Shown here one piece after another: positions 27,601-42,952 of a stretch of 64,000 bases of DNA. Where the stretch lies: NCBI GenBank assembly GCA_964016885.1, contig CAXHJY010000424.1, positions 132,086-196,085 of the forward strand, written 5' to 3'. This stretch comes from Eledone cirrhosa (Eukaryota). The notes beneath the pieces were generated by a model, which ran no database searches, was not told the origin of the DNA, and was given only the letters and a program-made list of their open reading frames with translations. The number at the start of each line of letters is the position of its first letter. Positions within the stretch are counted from its first letter, which is position 1. Both the position numbers and the translations under genes were made by a program.

Positions 27601-30262
27601 AAAAGCATATAACGATATGTGCTTTTACGATTCTCTGGAGAGGCCGGAAGATAGGTAAATATTGCTGATGAGTTGTAACAACAACGAAACTAGTTCAATA
27701 TTCCTTGTCTGGCTTTCTGGAGAATAGAGGAAAGGTCTTTCCTCAAAAACCAGTATGACTCTAAAAACCGGTTTGTCTGTGTGTTTACATACAGAATAGC
27801 TGGCCACTCACAGTAAAGTGACCAGTGAAAAAACTTGGTACATCTACATATGTATACGTGTGTGTATTCATATACATACTAGTATTTCAGTATACATATA
27901 TGGATGTACATCTTTAACTTAATTGTTTAAGCGTCAGTCATACAAAAGTGAGTTACAAATGAAACGAAATTTAATTTCGTTTCGTTATTTGTTTTTATCG
28001 TCTCCGTTGAACCGGTACTTACTCACACTCTATGCAAATTAGTCTGCCCACTACTAATTTTCATAGAAAAAGCATATAACGATATGTGCTTTTACGATTC
28101 TCTGGAGAGGCCGGAAGATAGGTAAATATTGCTGATGAGTTGTAACAACAACGAAACTAGTTCAATATTCCTTGTCTGGCTTTCTGGAGAATAGAGGAAA
28201 GGTCTTTCCTCAAAAACCAGTATGACTCTAAAAACCGGTTTGTCTGTGTGTTTACATACAGAATAGCTGGCCACTCACAGTAAAGTGACCAGTGAAAAAA
28301 CTTGGTACATCTACATATGTATACGTGTGTGTATTCATATACATACTAGTATTTCAGTATACATATATGGATGTACATCTTTAACTTAATTGTTTAAGCG
28401 TCAGTCATACAAAAGTGAGTTACAAATGAAACGAAATTTAATTCGTTTCGTTATTTGTTTTTATCGTCTCCGTTGAACCGGTACTTACTCACACTCTATG
28501 CAAATTAGTCTGCCCACTACTAATTTTCATAGAAAAAGCATATAACGATATGTGCTTTTACGATTCTCTGGAGAGGCCGGAAGATAGGTAAATATTGCTG
28601 ATGAGTTGTAACAACAACGAAACTAGTTCAATATTCCTTGTCTGGCTTTCTGGAGAATAGAGGAAAGGTCTTTCCTCAAAAACCAGTATGACTCTAAAAA
28701 CCGGTTTGTCTGTGTGTTTACATACAGAATAGCTGGCCACTCACAGTAAAGTGACCAGTGAAAAAACTTGGTACATCTACATATGTATACGTGTGTGTAT
28801 TCATATACATACTAGTATTTCAGTATACATATATGGATGTACATCTTTAACTTAATTGTTTAAGCGTCAGTCATACAAAAGGGAGTTACAAATGAAACGA
28901 AATTTAATTTCGTTTCGTTATTTGTTTTTATCGTCTCCGTTGAACCGGTACTTACTCACACTCTATGCAAATTAGTCTGCCCACTACTAATTTTCATAGA
29001 AAAAGCATATAACGATATGGGCTTTTACGATTCTCTGGAGAGGCCGGAAGATAGGTAAATATTGCTGATGAGTTGTAACGACAACGAAACTAGTTCAATA
29101 TTCCTTGTCTGGCTTTCTGGAGAATAGAGGAAAGGTGTTTCCTCAAAAACCAGTATGACTCTAAAAACCGGTTTGTCTGTGTGTTTACATACAGAATAGC
29201 TGGCCACTCACAGTAAAGTGACCAGTGAAAAAACTTGGTACATCTACATATGTATACGTGTGTGTATTCATATACATACTAGTATTTCAGTATACATATA
29301 TGGATGTACATCTTTAACTTAATTGTTTAAGCGTCAGTCATACAAAAGTGAGTTACAAATGAAACGAAATTTAATTTCGTTTCGTTATTTGTTTTTATCG
29401 TCTCCGTTGAACCGGTACTTACTCACACTCTATGCAAATTAGTCTGCCCACTACTAATTTTCATAGAAAAAGCATATAACGATATGTGCTTTTACGATTC
29501 TCTGGAGAGGCCGGAAGATAGGTAAATATTGCTGATGAGTTGTAACAACAACGAAACTAGTTCAATATTCCTTGTCTGGCTTTCTGGAGAATAGAGGAAA
29601 GGTCTTTCCTCAAAAACCAGTATGACTCTAAAAACCGGTTTGTCTGTGTGTTTACATACAGAATAGCTGGCCACTCACAGTAAAGTGACCAGTGAAAAAA
29701 CTTGGTACATCTACATATGTATACGTGTGTGTATTCATATACATACTAGTATTTCAGTATACATATATGGATGTACATCTTTAACTTAATTGTTTAAGCG
29801 TCAGTCATACAAAAGGGAGTTACAAATGAAACGAAATTTAATTTCGTTTCGTTATTTGTTTTTATCGTCTCCGTTGAACCGGTACTTACTCACACTCTAT
29901 GCAAATTAGTCTGCCCACTACTAATTTTCATAGAAAAAGCATATAACGATATGGGCTTTTACGATTCTCTGGAGAGGCCGGAAGATAGGTAAATATTGCT
30001 GATGAGTTGTAACGACAACGAAACTAGTTCAATATTCCTTGTCTGGCTTTCTGGAGAATAGAGGAAAGGTGTTTCCTCAAAAACCAGTATGACTCTAAAA
30101 ACCGGTTTGTCTGTGTGTTTACATACAGAATAGCTGGCCACTCACAGTAAAGTGACCAGTGAAAAAACTTGGTACATCTACATATGTATACGTGTGTGTA
30201 TTCATATACATACTAGTATTTCAGTATACATATATGGATGTACATCTTTAACTTAATTGTTT
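24668..30262 (+). repeat. 467-bp HHR satellite, right block (12 units; 12 HHRs on plus strand)
   Basis: Reverse complement of the left block; near-identical units. Confidence 0.95.
24856..24900 (+). ncRNA. Type I hammerhead ribozyme (representative of 17 copies)
   Basis: aatattg-CTGATGA-gttgt aaca acaac-GAAAC-ta-GTT-caatatt; predicted cut after 24893. Confidence 0.9.
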
Positions 30263-31905
<1,643 letters not shown>

Positions 31906-32134
31906 ATGTAACGAAGATAATACGTCAGAAATGACGTTGTGCAGACGGAGATGGATAACCGGCGCCTAGCACCCTTTAACAACAGAAAATTGAAAAATAA
32001 AAGCGGCAGTTAATATCTTTACACCGCAAGGAATATATAAATGAAGTTTGAAGTCAATCGGAGTAGAAATGTGGATTTGTATAGACTTTGCAAAAATGAG
32101 GACACACAGACAACATCAGTTTTATATATATAGA

Positions 32135-32397
32135 TATTTCAAGGCTACCGATACTTTGGTACGCTCTCATCACATAAAATACAAAAATTGGTTTACAGAT
32201 AGTGACTTATACAGACAAGAACTTAATCTATTTACATAGAACTCACAACATTAAGTTCTTGTTTGAATATGTCACTATCTGTAAACTAATTTTTGTATTT
32301 TATATGATGAGAGCGTACTAAAATATCGGTACCCTTGAAATATATATAATAAAATAAATATGGTTTCATAAAGATAGCTTCCATTTATTAATATTAT

Positions 32398-32400
<3 letters not shown>
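32135..32400. mobile_element. Fold-back HHR mini-element, right part; HHR on plus strand at 32297-32355 with mutated C3
   Basis: attttat-aTGATGA-gagcgtac..gtaccctt-GAAA-tatatata-ataaaat; arms 32135-32228 and 32250-32342 are inverted. Confidence 0.75.
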
Positions 32401-32460
<60 letters not shown>

Positions 32461-32464
<4 letters not shown>

Positions 32465-32980
32465 GATTGTTACTCTGAAATAGCGATGTATACATGAATA
32501 TATATAGAGTATATTTGGCAATATATTGTATGCTTAATTAAAAACAATTTGAAAAAAGAAGTGACATTATGAAAAAAGAAGTAAGTGACATAGTCACTAC
32601 TTTAAAATAATAGCGTAAGGTCTTCAAAATGTTTTTAATTAAACATACGGTATATTGCCAAATATACTATACATATATTCATGTATACATCGCTATTTCA
32701 GAGCACCAATCCTAATTTTCAATTTTTGCTGGATCGGCAATCGCTCTGTATAATCAGTTCCTGATTATTACTGGAATTTTATAAGAATCCAGCCTCTATA
32801 ATTTTCAACAAAGGTCGGCGAGCGCTAAGCTCTGATGAACACCAACAGTGTGAAACAGATCTGTCAGCTTATCTCCCTTCGTTTGTTGAAAAAAGAAGTA
32901 AGTGACATAGTCACTACTTTAAAATAATAGAGCAAGGTCTTCAAAATGTTTTTAATTAATGTTTTTATTGCCAAATATGC
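32461..32980 (+). mobile_element. ~318-bp HHR unit (1.3 tandem copies) with inverted 5' segment
   Basis: tgaaaaaagaagtaagtgacatagtcac at ~32570 and ~32887; 32461-32550 is inverted relative to 32625-32715. Confidence 0.8.
32826..32871 (+). ncRNA. Type I hammerhead ribozyme
   Basis: taagct-CTGATGA-acac caaca gtgt-GAAAC-agatct-GTC-agctta; outer ttttcaacaaa/tttgttgaaaa pairing. Confidence 0.92.
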
Positions 32981-33057
32981 TATATACATATATATATATA
33001 TATATACATATATACATATACATATATATACATATATATATATATATATACATATAT

Positions 33058-33124
<67 letters not shown>

Positions 33125-33129
33125 TATAC

Positions 33130-33202
<73 letters not shown>

Positions 33203-33285
33203 CATACATATATATATATACATATATACATATACATATATACATATATATACATATATATATATATACATATATATACATATAC

Positions 33286-33316
<31 letters not shown>

Positions 33317-33413
33317 CATATATATACATATATATACATATATATACATATATATACATATATATACATATATATACATATATATATATACATATATATA
33401 CATATATATATAT

Positions 33414-33444
<31 letters not shown>

Positions 33445-33537
33445 TACATATATATATACATATATATACATATATATACATATATATACATATATATATA
33501 TACATATATATACATATATATATATATACATATATAC

Positions 33538-33570
<33 letters not shown>

Positions 33571-33597
33571 CATATATATACACATATATATATATAC

Positions 33598-33642
<45 letters not shown>

Positions 33643-33904
33643 TATACATATATATATATATACATATATATATACATATATATATATATACATATATATA
33701 CATATATATATATATACATATATATATATACATATATATATATACATATATATATATATACATATACATATATATACATATATATATATACATATATATA
33801 CATATATATATATATATACATATATATACATATATATACATATATATACATATATATACATATATATACATATATATACATATATATATATACATATATA
33901 TACA

Positions 33905-33940
<36 letters not shown>

Positions 33941-34139
33941 CATATATATACATATATATATATATATACATATATATACATATATATATACATATATACA
34001 TATATATATATATACATATATATACATATATATATATATACATATATATACATATATATATATATATATACATATATATACATATATATATACATATATA
34101 TACATATATATATATATACATATATATACATATATATAC

Positions 34140-34172
<33 letters not shown>

Positions 34173-34245
34173 CATATATATACATATACATATATATACA
34201 TATATATACATATACATATATATACATATATATATATATACATAC

Positions 34246-34276
<31 letters not shown>

Positions 34277-34626
34277 CATACATATACATATATATATATA
34301 TACATATATATACATACATATATATACATATACATATATATATATATACATATACATACATATACATATATACATATACATACATATATATATATATATA
34401 CATATATATACATATATATATATATATACATATATATACATATATATATACATATATACATATATATACATATACATATATACATATATATACATATACA
34501 TATATATACATATATATATATATACATATATATATATACAGTACGTTATTCCTGGTTGAATCGGAGGTAAACACAGTAAGTAAGGTACTCAATACATTGC
34601 AGAGTATAAAGGTTTTAATATAGATG

Positions 34627-34677
34627 AGATTCTACAGGACTAGAACTGTTTCATTCTTTAGAAATCATCAGGAATCT
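34627..34677 (-). ncRNA. Hammerhead motif in PLE pLTR
   Basis: agattc-CTGATGA-tttctaaagaat-GAAAC-agttcta-GTC-ctgta-gaatct (bulged stem I). Confidence 0.6.
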
Positions 34678-35245
34678 GGGTATCGAAAAATAAATATGGT
34701 ATTTATAGGTCTCTACAAGTGGTAGGACAGGGTGGGCAGTGGGATGGGTGTAGGTCATTGGTTGATAGAAAAGGGAATTCATTAAAACTAATTCTACAAA
34801 GCTATAGTTTATTTTTATTTTTATTAATTTTTGTTTTTAGAGTAACAAAGGCAGACAGAATTCTATAAACAGGTTCCGGATGGCATACCATTCCTTGTCA
34901 TTAAGTTTCTCTTAAGCTAACATATGTCTATAAGATCAGTGGGGGGTCAGTCATGGTAGATAGAATTAAAGGAAAGGGAGATTCTTTAAAAGCTAAATTC
35001 ATTAAGGTTCTACTAAGTGACAAAGGTTTAGAGAATTCTGTAGACATTCAAAATACTGAGTGCATATCTTACAATTATCTTCGAACTTCTCTTAAACTAA
35101 TCAACTATATGCCAAAAATCAACAGACACATTCACAAAAAAACACACTCACTCACACACTTGCGCGCAACCATAAACACACATACACATATACACACATA
35201 AAAACACACACACATATATAAATATATTTATATATATATATACAT

Positions 35246-35306
<61 letters not shown>

Positions 35307-35455
35307 TACACATACACACACACATATATATATACACACACACACACACACATATATATATACACATATATATACACTCACACACATACATACATACACA
35401 CAAATATATATGTGTATACATATACATATATATATACACATACATATATACATAT

Positions 35456-35517
<62 letters not shown>

Positions 35518-35701
35518 CATACATATACACATATATATATATATATATACATATACACACACATACACACAAACACACATATATATATATATATATATAC
35601 ATAAACAAATATATACATATACATACACACACACACACATACATACATATATATATACACACACACACACACACATATACACATATATAAGGAAAAAGCA
35701 C

Positions 35702-35768
<67 letters not shown>

Positions 35769-35786
35769 ACACCATTCATACATATA

Positions 35787-35830
<44 letters not shown>

Positions 35831-35882
35831 TACACACACATACATACATATATACACAAATACATACACATATAAACACACT

Positions 35883-35916
<34 letters not shown>

Positions 35917-35919
35917 TAT

Positions 35920-35968
<49 letters not shown>

Positions 35969-36092
35969 AATATACATATACACATATATATACACATACA
36001 CACACACACAATATATATACACATATATACATATACACACACATACATACATACACACATACATACATACATACATATACAAATATATATAC

Positions 36093-36151
<59 letters not shown>

Positions 36152-36178
36152 CATATATATACACACACACATATATAC

Positions 36179-36218
<40 letters not shown>

Positions 36219-36226
36219 ATGCATAT

Positions 36227-36257
<31 letters not shown>

Positions 36258-36764
36258 TACACATACATACACAGACATATACATAAATATACACATATAT
36301 ACAAACATATATACGCATATATACACACATATATACACGCATACACACATACACACACACACACACACATACACACATATATATATATATATACATACAT
36401 ATACATATATACATACATACACATACACATACATACACATATATACATATATATATATATACATATATACATATATATACATACATAAATATACACACAT
36501 AAAACACATATACACACATACATATATATATACATACACATACATATACACACATACACACAAATATATACACATACAAATAAATAAGTACTCAATAAAT
36601 ATACGCATATACGCAGGCACATAAAAACACCTCTACAGGCAGAAAATGTAGATAGGAAAGAGGTACTCACATAACGATAGTGGCCGTATTTCAGGTTGAG
36701 GAGGGGTGGGGGTAGGGTGGGAAGGAGGTATAGGGGCCAATAGGGGGAGGTCGTTTTTAGCCAT

Positions 36765-37945
36765 CGGGCTTTAACACTGGCTTAAAGTGTTTGAAAGTTG
36801 CAAAGTTCTTGTGCATGCAGTTCGGGCAGTGTTCAGAGAGTTTGTTCAGTAGCGGCCCCTTGGCGAATCAAATTTCGTAGCTCTCTGAAATACAAAGGTC
36901 GCAGCCCTTGTGTCCTCCGTTGTAAGAGCGCGCTTTCTGGAGTATTTTCCATTTAAGCGTGAAGGGGGTGGAGTTCCTTTTGAGGTCCCAAACGTAGGAG
37001 GCGAGTGTTGTCTGATTTGATTTGTCCGGTCTTCTGAAGGAGTGGGTATGGGCATACCAACGGGTCTTAAAGTTGTTGGAGGTCATGCCGATGTAAGTTT
37101 TTTTGCAATCCTCGGTGCCTGAGATGACATCGCATTTGTATACGATATCATTTGTGAGGCATTTGTTTTCAAGTGGGCATGCTTCCTTATTTAGGCAATT
37201 ACATAGAGCCCCAGTCCGGGGATTGGGTTCGGAGGTGGTTGGCTTATTTAATTTTTTAGAATTGTGGTTGGCTATATTCCTAGCTAGGTTAGGTGTGGTG
37301 GAGTAAGACAGTCTTATTGTGTTCTTATTAAAGATGGTGTGGTACCTATGTTGTATGGGGAAGTGTAATTTCAGCAAAGTGAAGAAAATCCTAGCTATCG
37401 GAGTAGCTACCTCTCTATTGAAGGGAGGGTTGTACCAGCTAATCTGCCTATGTCTATTCCTCCTCTGCAATCTTGCGGTGGTTTCTAGGTAAGTTATATT
37501 ATCTTTAAATCCGCTACGGGCGAGGGCGTCATTGTAGTAGGGGGCAGATGCATTAAAAATATCTTTGTTGGTGGAGAGGCCAGATATTCTAATAGAGACG
37601 CTTTTTACTAGGTTATCAGTGATGTTTTGGGGGTGGTTTGAATTAACATTAATATATTTAAGGGACTCGTTAGGTTTGTGGTACGGGTAATAGAGGGAAG
37701 TATCTAGGTCGAGAGTGACATCTAAGAAGTTGGCCCTAGTCAAATTAGATTCTATAGTTATACTAAATCCTAGATTAGAGAATAAGGAGCTTAAGTTTTT
37801 CCGAAACCCATCGGTGGTTCTGGGACTAACCTTATGCAGGGCGAAGAGGCCGTCGTCTCGGTATAAACCTCCCGTTAGGCCGGTAAAGAGGTTCTTCAGG
37901 TGATGTAGGATGTACAGGCCCACAAGGTCGCTAATTTCAGCCGAA
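36765..37945 (-). pseudogene. PLE RT C-terminal half plus GIY-YIG endonuclease
   Basis: [50 protein letters not shown]; frameshift near the C-terminus. Confidence 0.92.
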
Positions 37946-37986
37946 CATATATATATATATACATATATATATATACATATATATAC

Positions 37987-38053
<67 letters not shown>

Positions 38054-38064
38054 CATATATATAC

Positions 38065-38111
<47 letters not shown>

Positions 38112-38298
38112 CATATATATATATACATATATATATATATACATATATATATATACATATATATATACATATATATACATATATATATACATATATATAC
38201 ATATATATATATACATATATATATACATATATATATACATATATATATATATACATATATATACATATATATATATACATATATACATATATATATAC

Positions 38299-38331
<33 letters not shown>

Positions 38332-38344
38332 CATATATATATAC

Positions 38345-38389
<45 letters not shown>

Positions 38390-38500
38390 CATATATATAT
38401 ATACATATATATATATATACATATATATATATACATATACATATATATACATACATATATATATATATATATACATATATATATACATATATATATATAC

Positions 38501-38531
<31 letters not shown>

Positions 38532-38540
38532 CATATATAT

Positions 38541-39152
38541 ATGGTGGCTGCCAACTCGTTTTCGAGTACGGCCACTACTTTATATCCATGTAGGAGAACC
38601 CCTACCGATGCGCTGAACGAGTGTGACTTTTTAGTCCAGCCAGCGACTTGAAAACTCTGGTACAAACACTACACTTGTGACAATTATTGACACATAGTGC
38701 TTTGACTTTGGTACCATGTGACGACAAGTGCAGAGAGATCTCCAGATATAAAGCAATGCCTGTGCCGTGAAGCTTTTATAGTGAGCAAAGGCACTGCACA
38801 AAGCCAGTCCCACTCTCTTAACCAAGATGATATTTACCAAAAAGAAGAACAAGTCAACATCATTGGATACCATCAGGGTTGCAGGTGTTATATCAGAGTT
38901 TTCCTTCTCCTAGAATTCTGCCTTGACAAAGGCTAAGGGGTCATCTCTCCCAGTGATTTTGGATGGCCATTGACTCTTAAGAGCTCCTTTGCCCTTTGAC
39001 AGGTTTTGTTTTTAGTCCTGCAGGATGTCCAAAGTCACCCTCCTCACCAAGAAACCTTGGTGGGGTTGCCAGTTTAGTCGCCAACGACCCGACCATGAGA
39101 CAGGTTGTACTGGGATACATGTTACCAGTAGCACCAAGTGGTGACCTGACAT
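38541..39152 (-). mobile_element. Probable RTE-related retroelement 5' region or non-autonomous derivative
   Basis: ctaggagaaggaaaactctga motif recalled from RTE-type repeats; GC-richer island with caccaag/cttggtg hairpin; no convincing ORF. Confidence 0.35.
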
Positions 39153-39198
39153 AAACATATGTATATATACATATATATATATACATATATATATATAC

Positions 39199-39243
<45 letters not shown>

Positions 39244-39388
39244 CATATATATACATATATACATACATATATATACATATATATACATATATACATATAT
39301 ATACACATATATATACATATATATATACATATATATACATATATATATATATACATATACATAGAAATACATATATATATATATACAT

Positions 39389-39421
<33 letters not shown>

Positions 39422-39796
39422 CATACATATATATATATACATACACATATATATATACATACACATACATATATATATATATATATACATACATATATAC
39501 ATACATATATATACATATATATATACATATATATATACATATATATATATACATATATATATACATATATATATATACATATATATATACATATATATAT
39601 ACATATATATATACATATATATATACATATATATATACATATATATATATACATATATATATACATATATATATACATACATATATATACATATATATAT
39701 ATACATATATATACATATATATACATATATATATATACATATATATACATATATATACATATATATACATATATATACATATATATACATATATAC

Positions 39797-39829
<33 letters not shown>

Positions 39830-39850
39830 CATATATATACATATATATAC

Positions 39851-39883
<33 letters not shown>

Positions 39884-40176
39884 CATATATATACATATAT
39901 ATACATATATATATACATATATATATATACATATATATACATATATATATACATATATATATATACATATATATATACATATATATATACATATATATAT
40001 ACATATATATACATATATATATACATATATATATACATATATATATACATATATATACATATATATATACATATATATACATATATATATACATATATAT
40101 ACATATATATACATATATATATACATATATATACATATATATACATATATATATACATATATATACATATATATAT

Positions 40177-42314
40177 ACTCTTTTACTCTTTTACTCTTTT
40201 ACCTGTTTCAGCCATCCGGCTGAGGCCATGCTGGGGCACCGCCCTTGTTGCTACACATTTTATCTCCAGCCTGTATAGGTTGGCCACTGGTGTAGGAGGG
40301 AGTTTGTTGCTGCTGCCCTTAGGTTTCCCTCGTGTCTTGCTGTGGGCTCATCCGGGATCCTGGATAACAAGGTGTCGAGATGTTTCTTAAAGACATCCAC
40401 CTCCACGTCATGCAAGTCTCGCAGATGCCTCGGCAGCCTGTTGAAGAGTTGAGGGCCCTTGAATCCCAGGCTATTGCAATACCTGCTCCTTATTCTAGAT
40501 GTGGAAGACGGGACCTTTGGCACCACACAGTGACGTCCTGTTCGACGGTTGGTCCAGCTCCCAATGCCAAAGTTTGGTGCTAGTCCCTCCAGGATTTTCC
40601 ACATGTAGATCACTGCGTATCTCTCCCGTCTTCGCTCCAAGGAGTAGAGGTTCAGTTCCTTCAGCCTCTCCTAGTAGCTTGTCTCCCTCATCTTGGCAAT
40701 CCTCTTCGTGTAGCTTCGCTGGATTGCCTCAAGCTCTGTGGTTAGTTTGACACTATGGGGTGACCACAGCTGGGAGCAGTAGTCCAGGCGGCTTAGGACA
40801 AAAGTCCTCCACAGTGTCAACATGGTGTCTCGATCTCTTGTAAGGAAAGTCCTCAAGATCCAGCCAGCGAATCGTCTACATGCTGTCGCCACCTTCATGA
40901 TGTGTGAAGAAAAAGATGCATCATCGCTCATGTCTATGCCCAGGTCTCGTATCGATTTTGACACGGGGATATCGGTCCCTCCTGGTCCTGTGTAGCTGTG
41001 TTCCGCTATATTTGCGTTTGTGTTTGCAGGTTTGTATTGTAGGGCTTGGAATTTGCCAGCATTAAACTGCATGTTGTTTTCTTCCGCCCATCTGTATATG
41101 GCATCCAGATCCTGCTGTAAGAGGGCAGCGTCAGCCGGGTTTTTGATTGCCTGTGCTACCTTAGTGTCATCAGCATAGCTAGTGAGGGATGTTGTTGCAC
41201 CACAGAGGGCATGTCCGAGAGAGCCACCAAAAACAGTAGTGGTCCCAGGACTGTCCCCTGAGGCACCCCACTTGTTATCGGTGTTTCCCTCGAGAGGGCC
41301 CCATTTGCTGCGACTGCCTGGCTTCTGTCCCTCAGGAAGCCATGCAGCCACTCACCTACTTTTCCAGTTATGCCGAGTCCGTGTAGTTTGTGACATATCA
41401 TTCCGTGGTCGACCTTGTCAAAGGCCTTCGCAAAGTCAAGATATATCACGTCTACATGTGAGCTGTCTAGTAGCTGTCTCAGTACCCAGTCGTAGTGATG
41501 TAGCAGCTGTGTAAGGCAGCTTCTTCCTGGGCGGAAGCCATGTTGCGTGCTAGTCAGGCGGTCATTTTCTTCGAGGAAAGTGATTAGTTTCTTTCTGACG
41601 ACTCGCTCCATGACCTTACTGATATGCGACGTCAGGGAGACTGGCCTATAGTTCTTGGCCTCCGCTCTACTACCTCCTTTATGGATAGGGCATATTGTGC
41701 CTTCTTTCAGCTCCCTGGGTAGTACACCGCTAGCCAAGGAGCTTCTGAAGAGCATCTTCAGTGGAGTTGCTAAGGCCCGCTTACATATTTTTAGGAGAAC
41801 TGCTGGGAATCCATCAGGTCCAGCAGCCGAGTCTGTTCTAATTTCATCAATGGCGTACACCACATCCTCCTCCGTTATGTCTATGTGGTTGATGGTTGCC
41901 ATTTCTTGATGTAGTGTTGTGGCATCAAAGAACTCCTCTGGCTTCGTTATTTGCATGTGCCTCAGTGGACATGTGAAGACACTTTTGTACTGTTCGTTCA
42001 GTATTTCACATATCTCTTGGGGATTTTCGGTTAATGAACCGTCCGTGTGGAAGAGTGGTCCAATCTTGCAGCGTACTGAGGCAGTTTCTTTTGCAAATTT
42101 AAAGAAGGCCTTAGGGTTTGTTTTAATGTTTTCTATGGCCCTGTTCTCTTTCCTTGCCCTCTCATTCTCATGTGAAAGCTTGAGTGCAATCTCGGTGTCA
42201 AGTAGTGCACGTTTCAAATAGGATTCCTTCTTGTTTTGGTTTTGTTGACTATTCAACTGGTTTGAGAGTTTAGTTCTACGTCTCATAAGGATTTTCCTAT
42301 CTCTGGGAATAAGA
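40177..42314 (-). mobile_element. CR1-group LINE, 5'-truncated (RT pseudogene)
   Basis: [52 protein letters not shown]; (TAAAAGAG)n tail. Confidence 0.92.
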
Positions 42315-42793
42315 TACATATATATACACATATATATATATATATATACATATATATACATATACATATATATACATATATATATATACATATAGATATA
42401 TATACATATAGATATATATACATATATATACATATATATACATATATATACATATATACATATATATACATATATATATACATATATATACATATATATA
42501 CATATACATATATATACATATATACATATATATACATATACATATATATACATATACATATATATACATATATATACATATATATACATATATATATATA
42601 TACATATATATACATATATATACATATATACATATATAAACATATATACATATATATACATATACATATATATACATATATACATATATATACATATACA
42701 TATATATACATATATACATATATATACATATACATATATACATATATATACATATACATATATATACATATACATATATATATATACATATAC

Positions 42794-42894
<101 letters not shown>

Positions 42895-42895
42895 C

Positions 42896-42952
<57 letters not shown>

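Larger units (their letters stand above)
34540..37945 (-). mobile_element. Penelope-like element, 5'-truncated, with a microsatellite in the presumed 3' UTR
   Basis: RT-GIY-YIG ORF upstream and HHR-bearing tail; the link across the 35150-36610 repeat is inferred. Confidence 0.75.

Noticed and set aside
22750-30141. Repeated 60-aa ORF MASYSVCK..
   Set aside because: GTG start, no recognisable domain, antisense to the HHR; it recurs only because the DNA unit repeats
22093-30262. CRISPR-like array
   Set aside because: Whole units are identical with no unique spacers, no cas genes and a eukaryotic context
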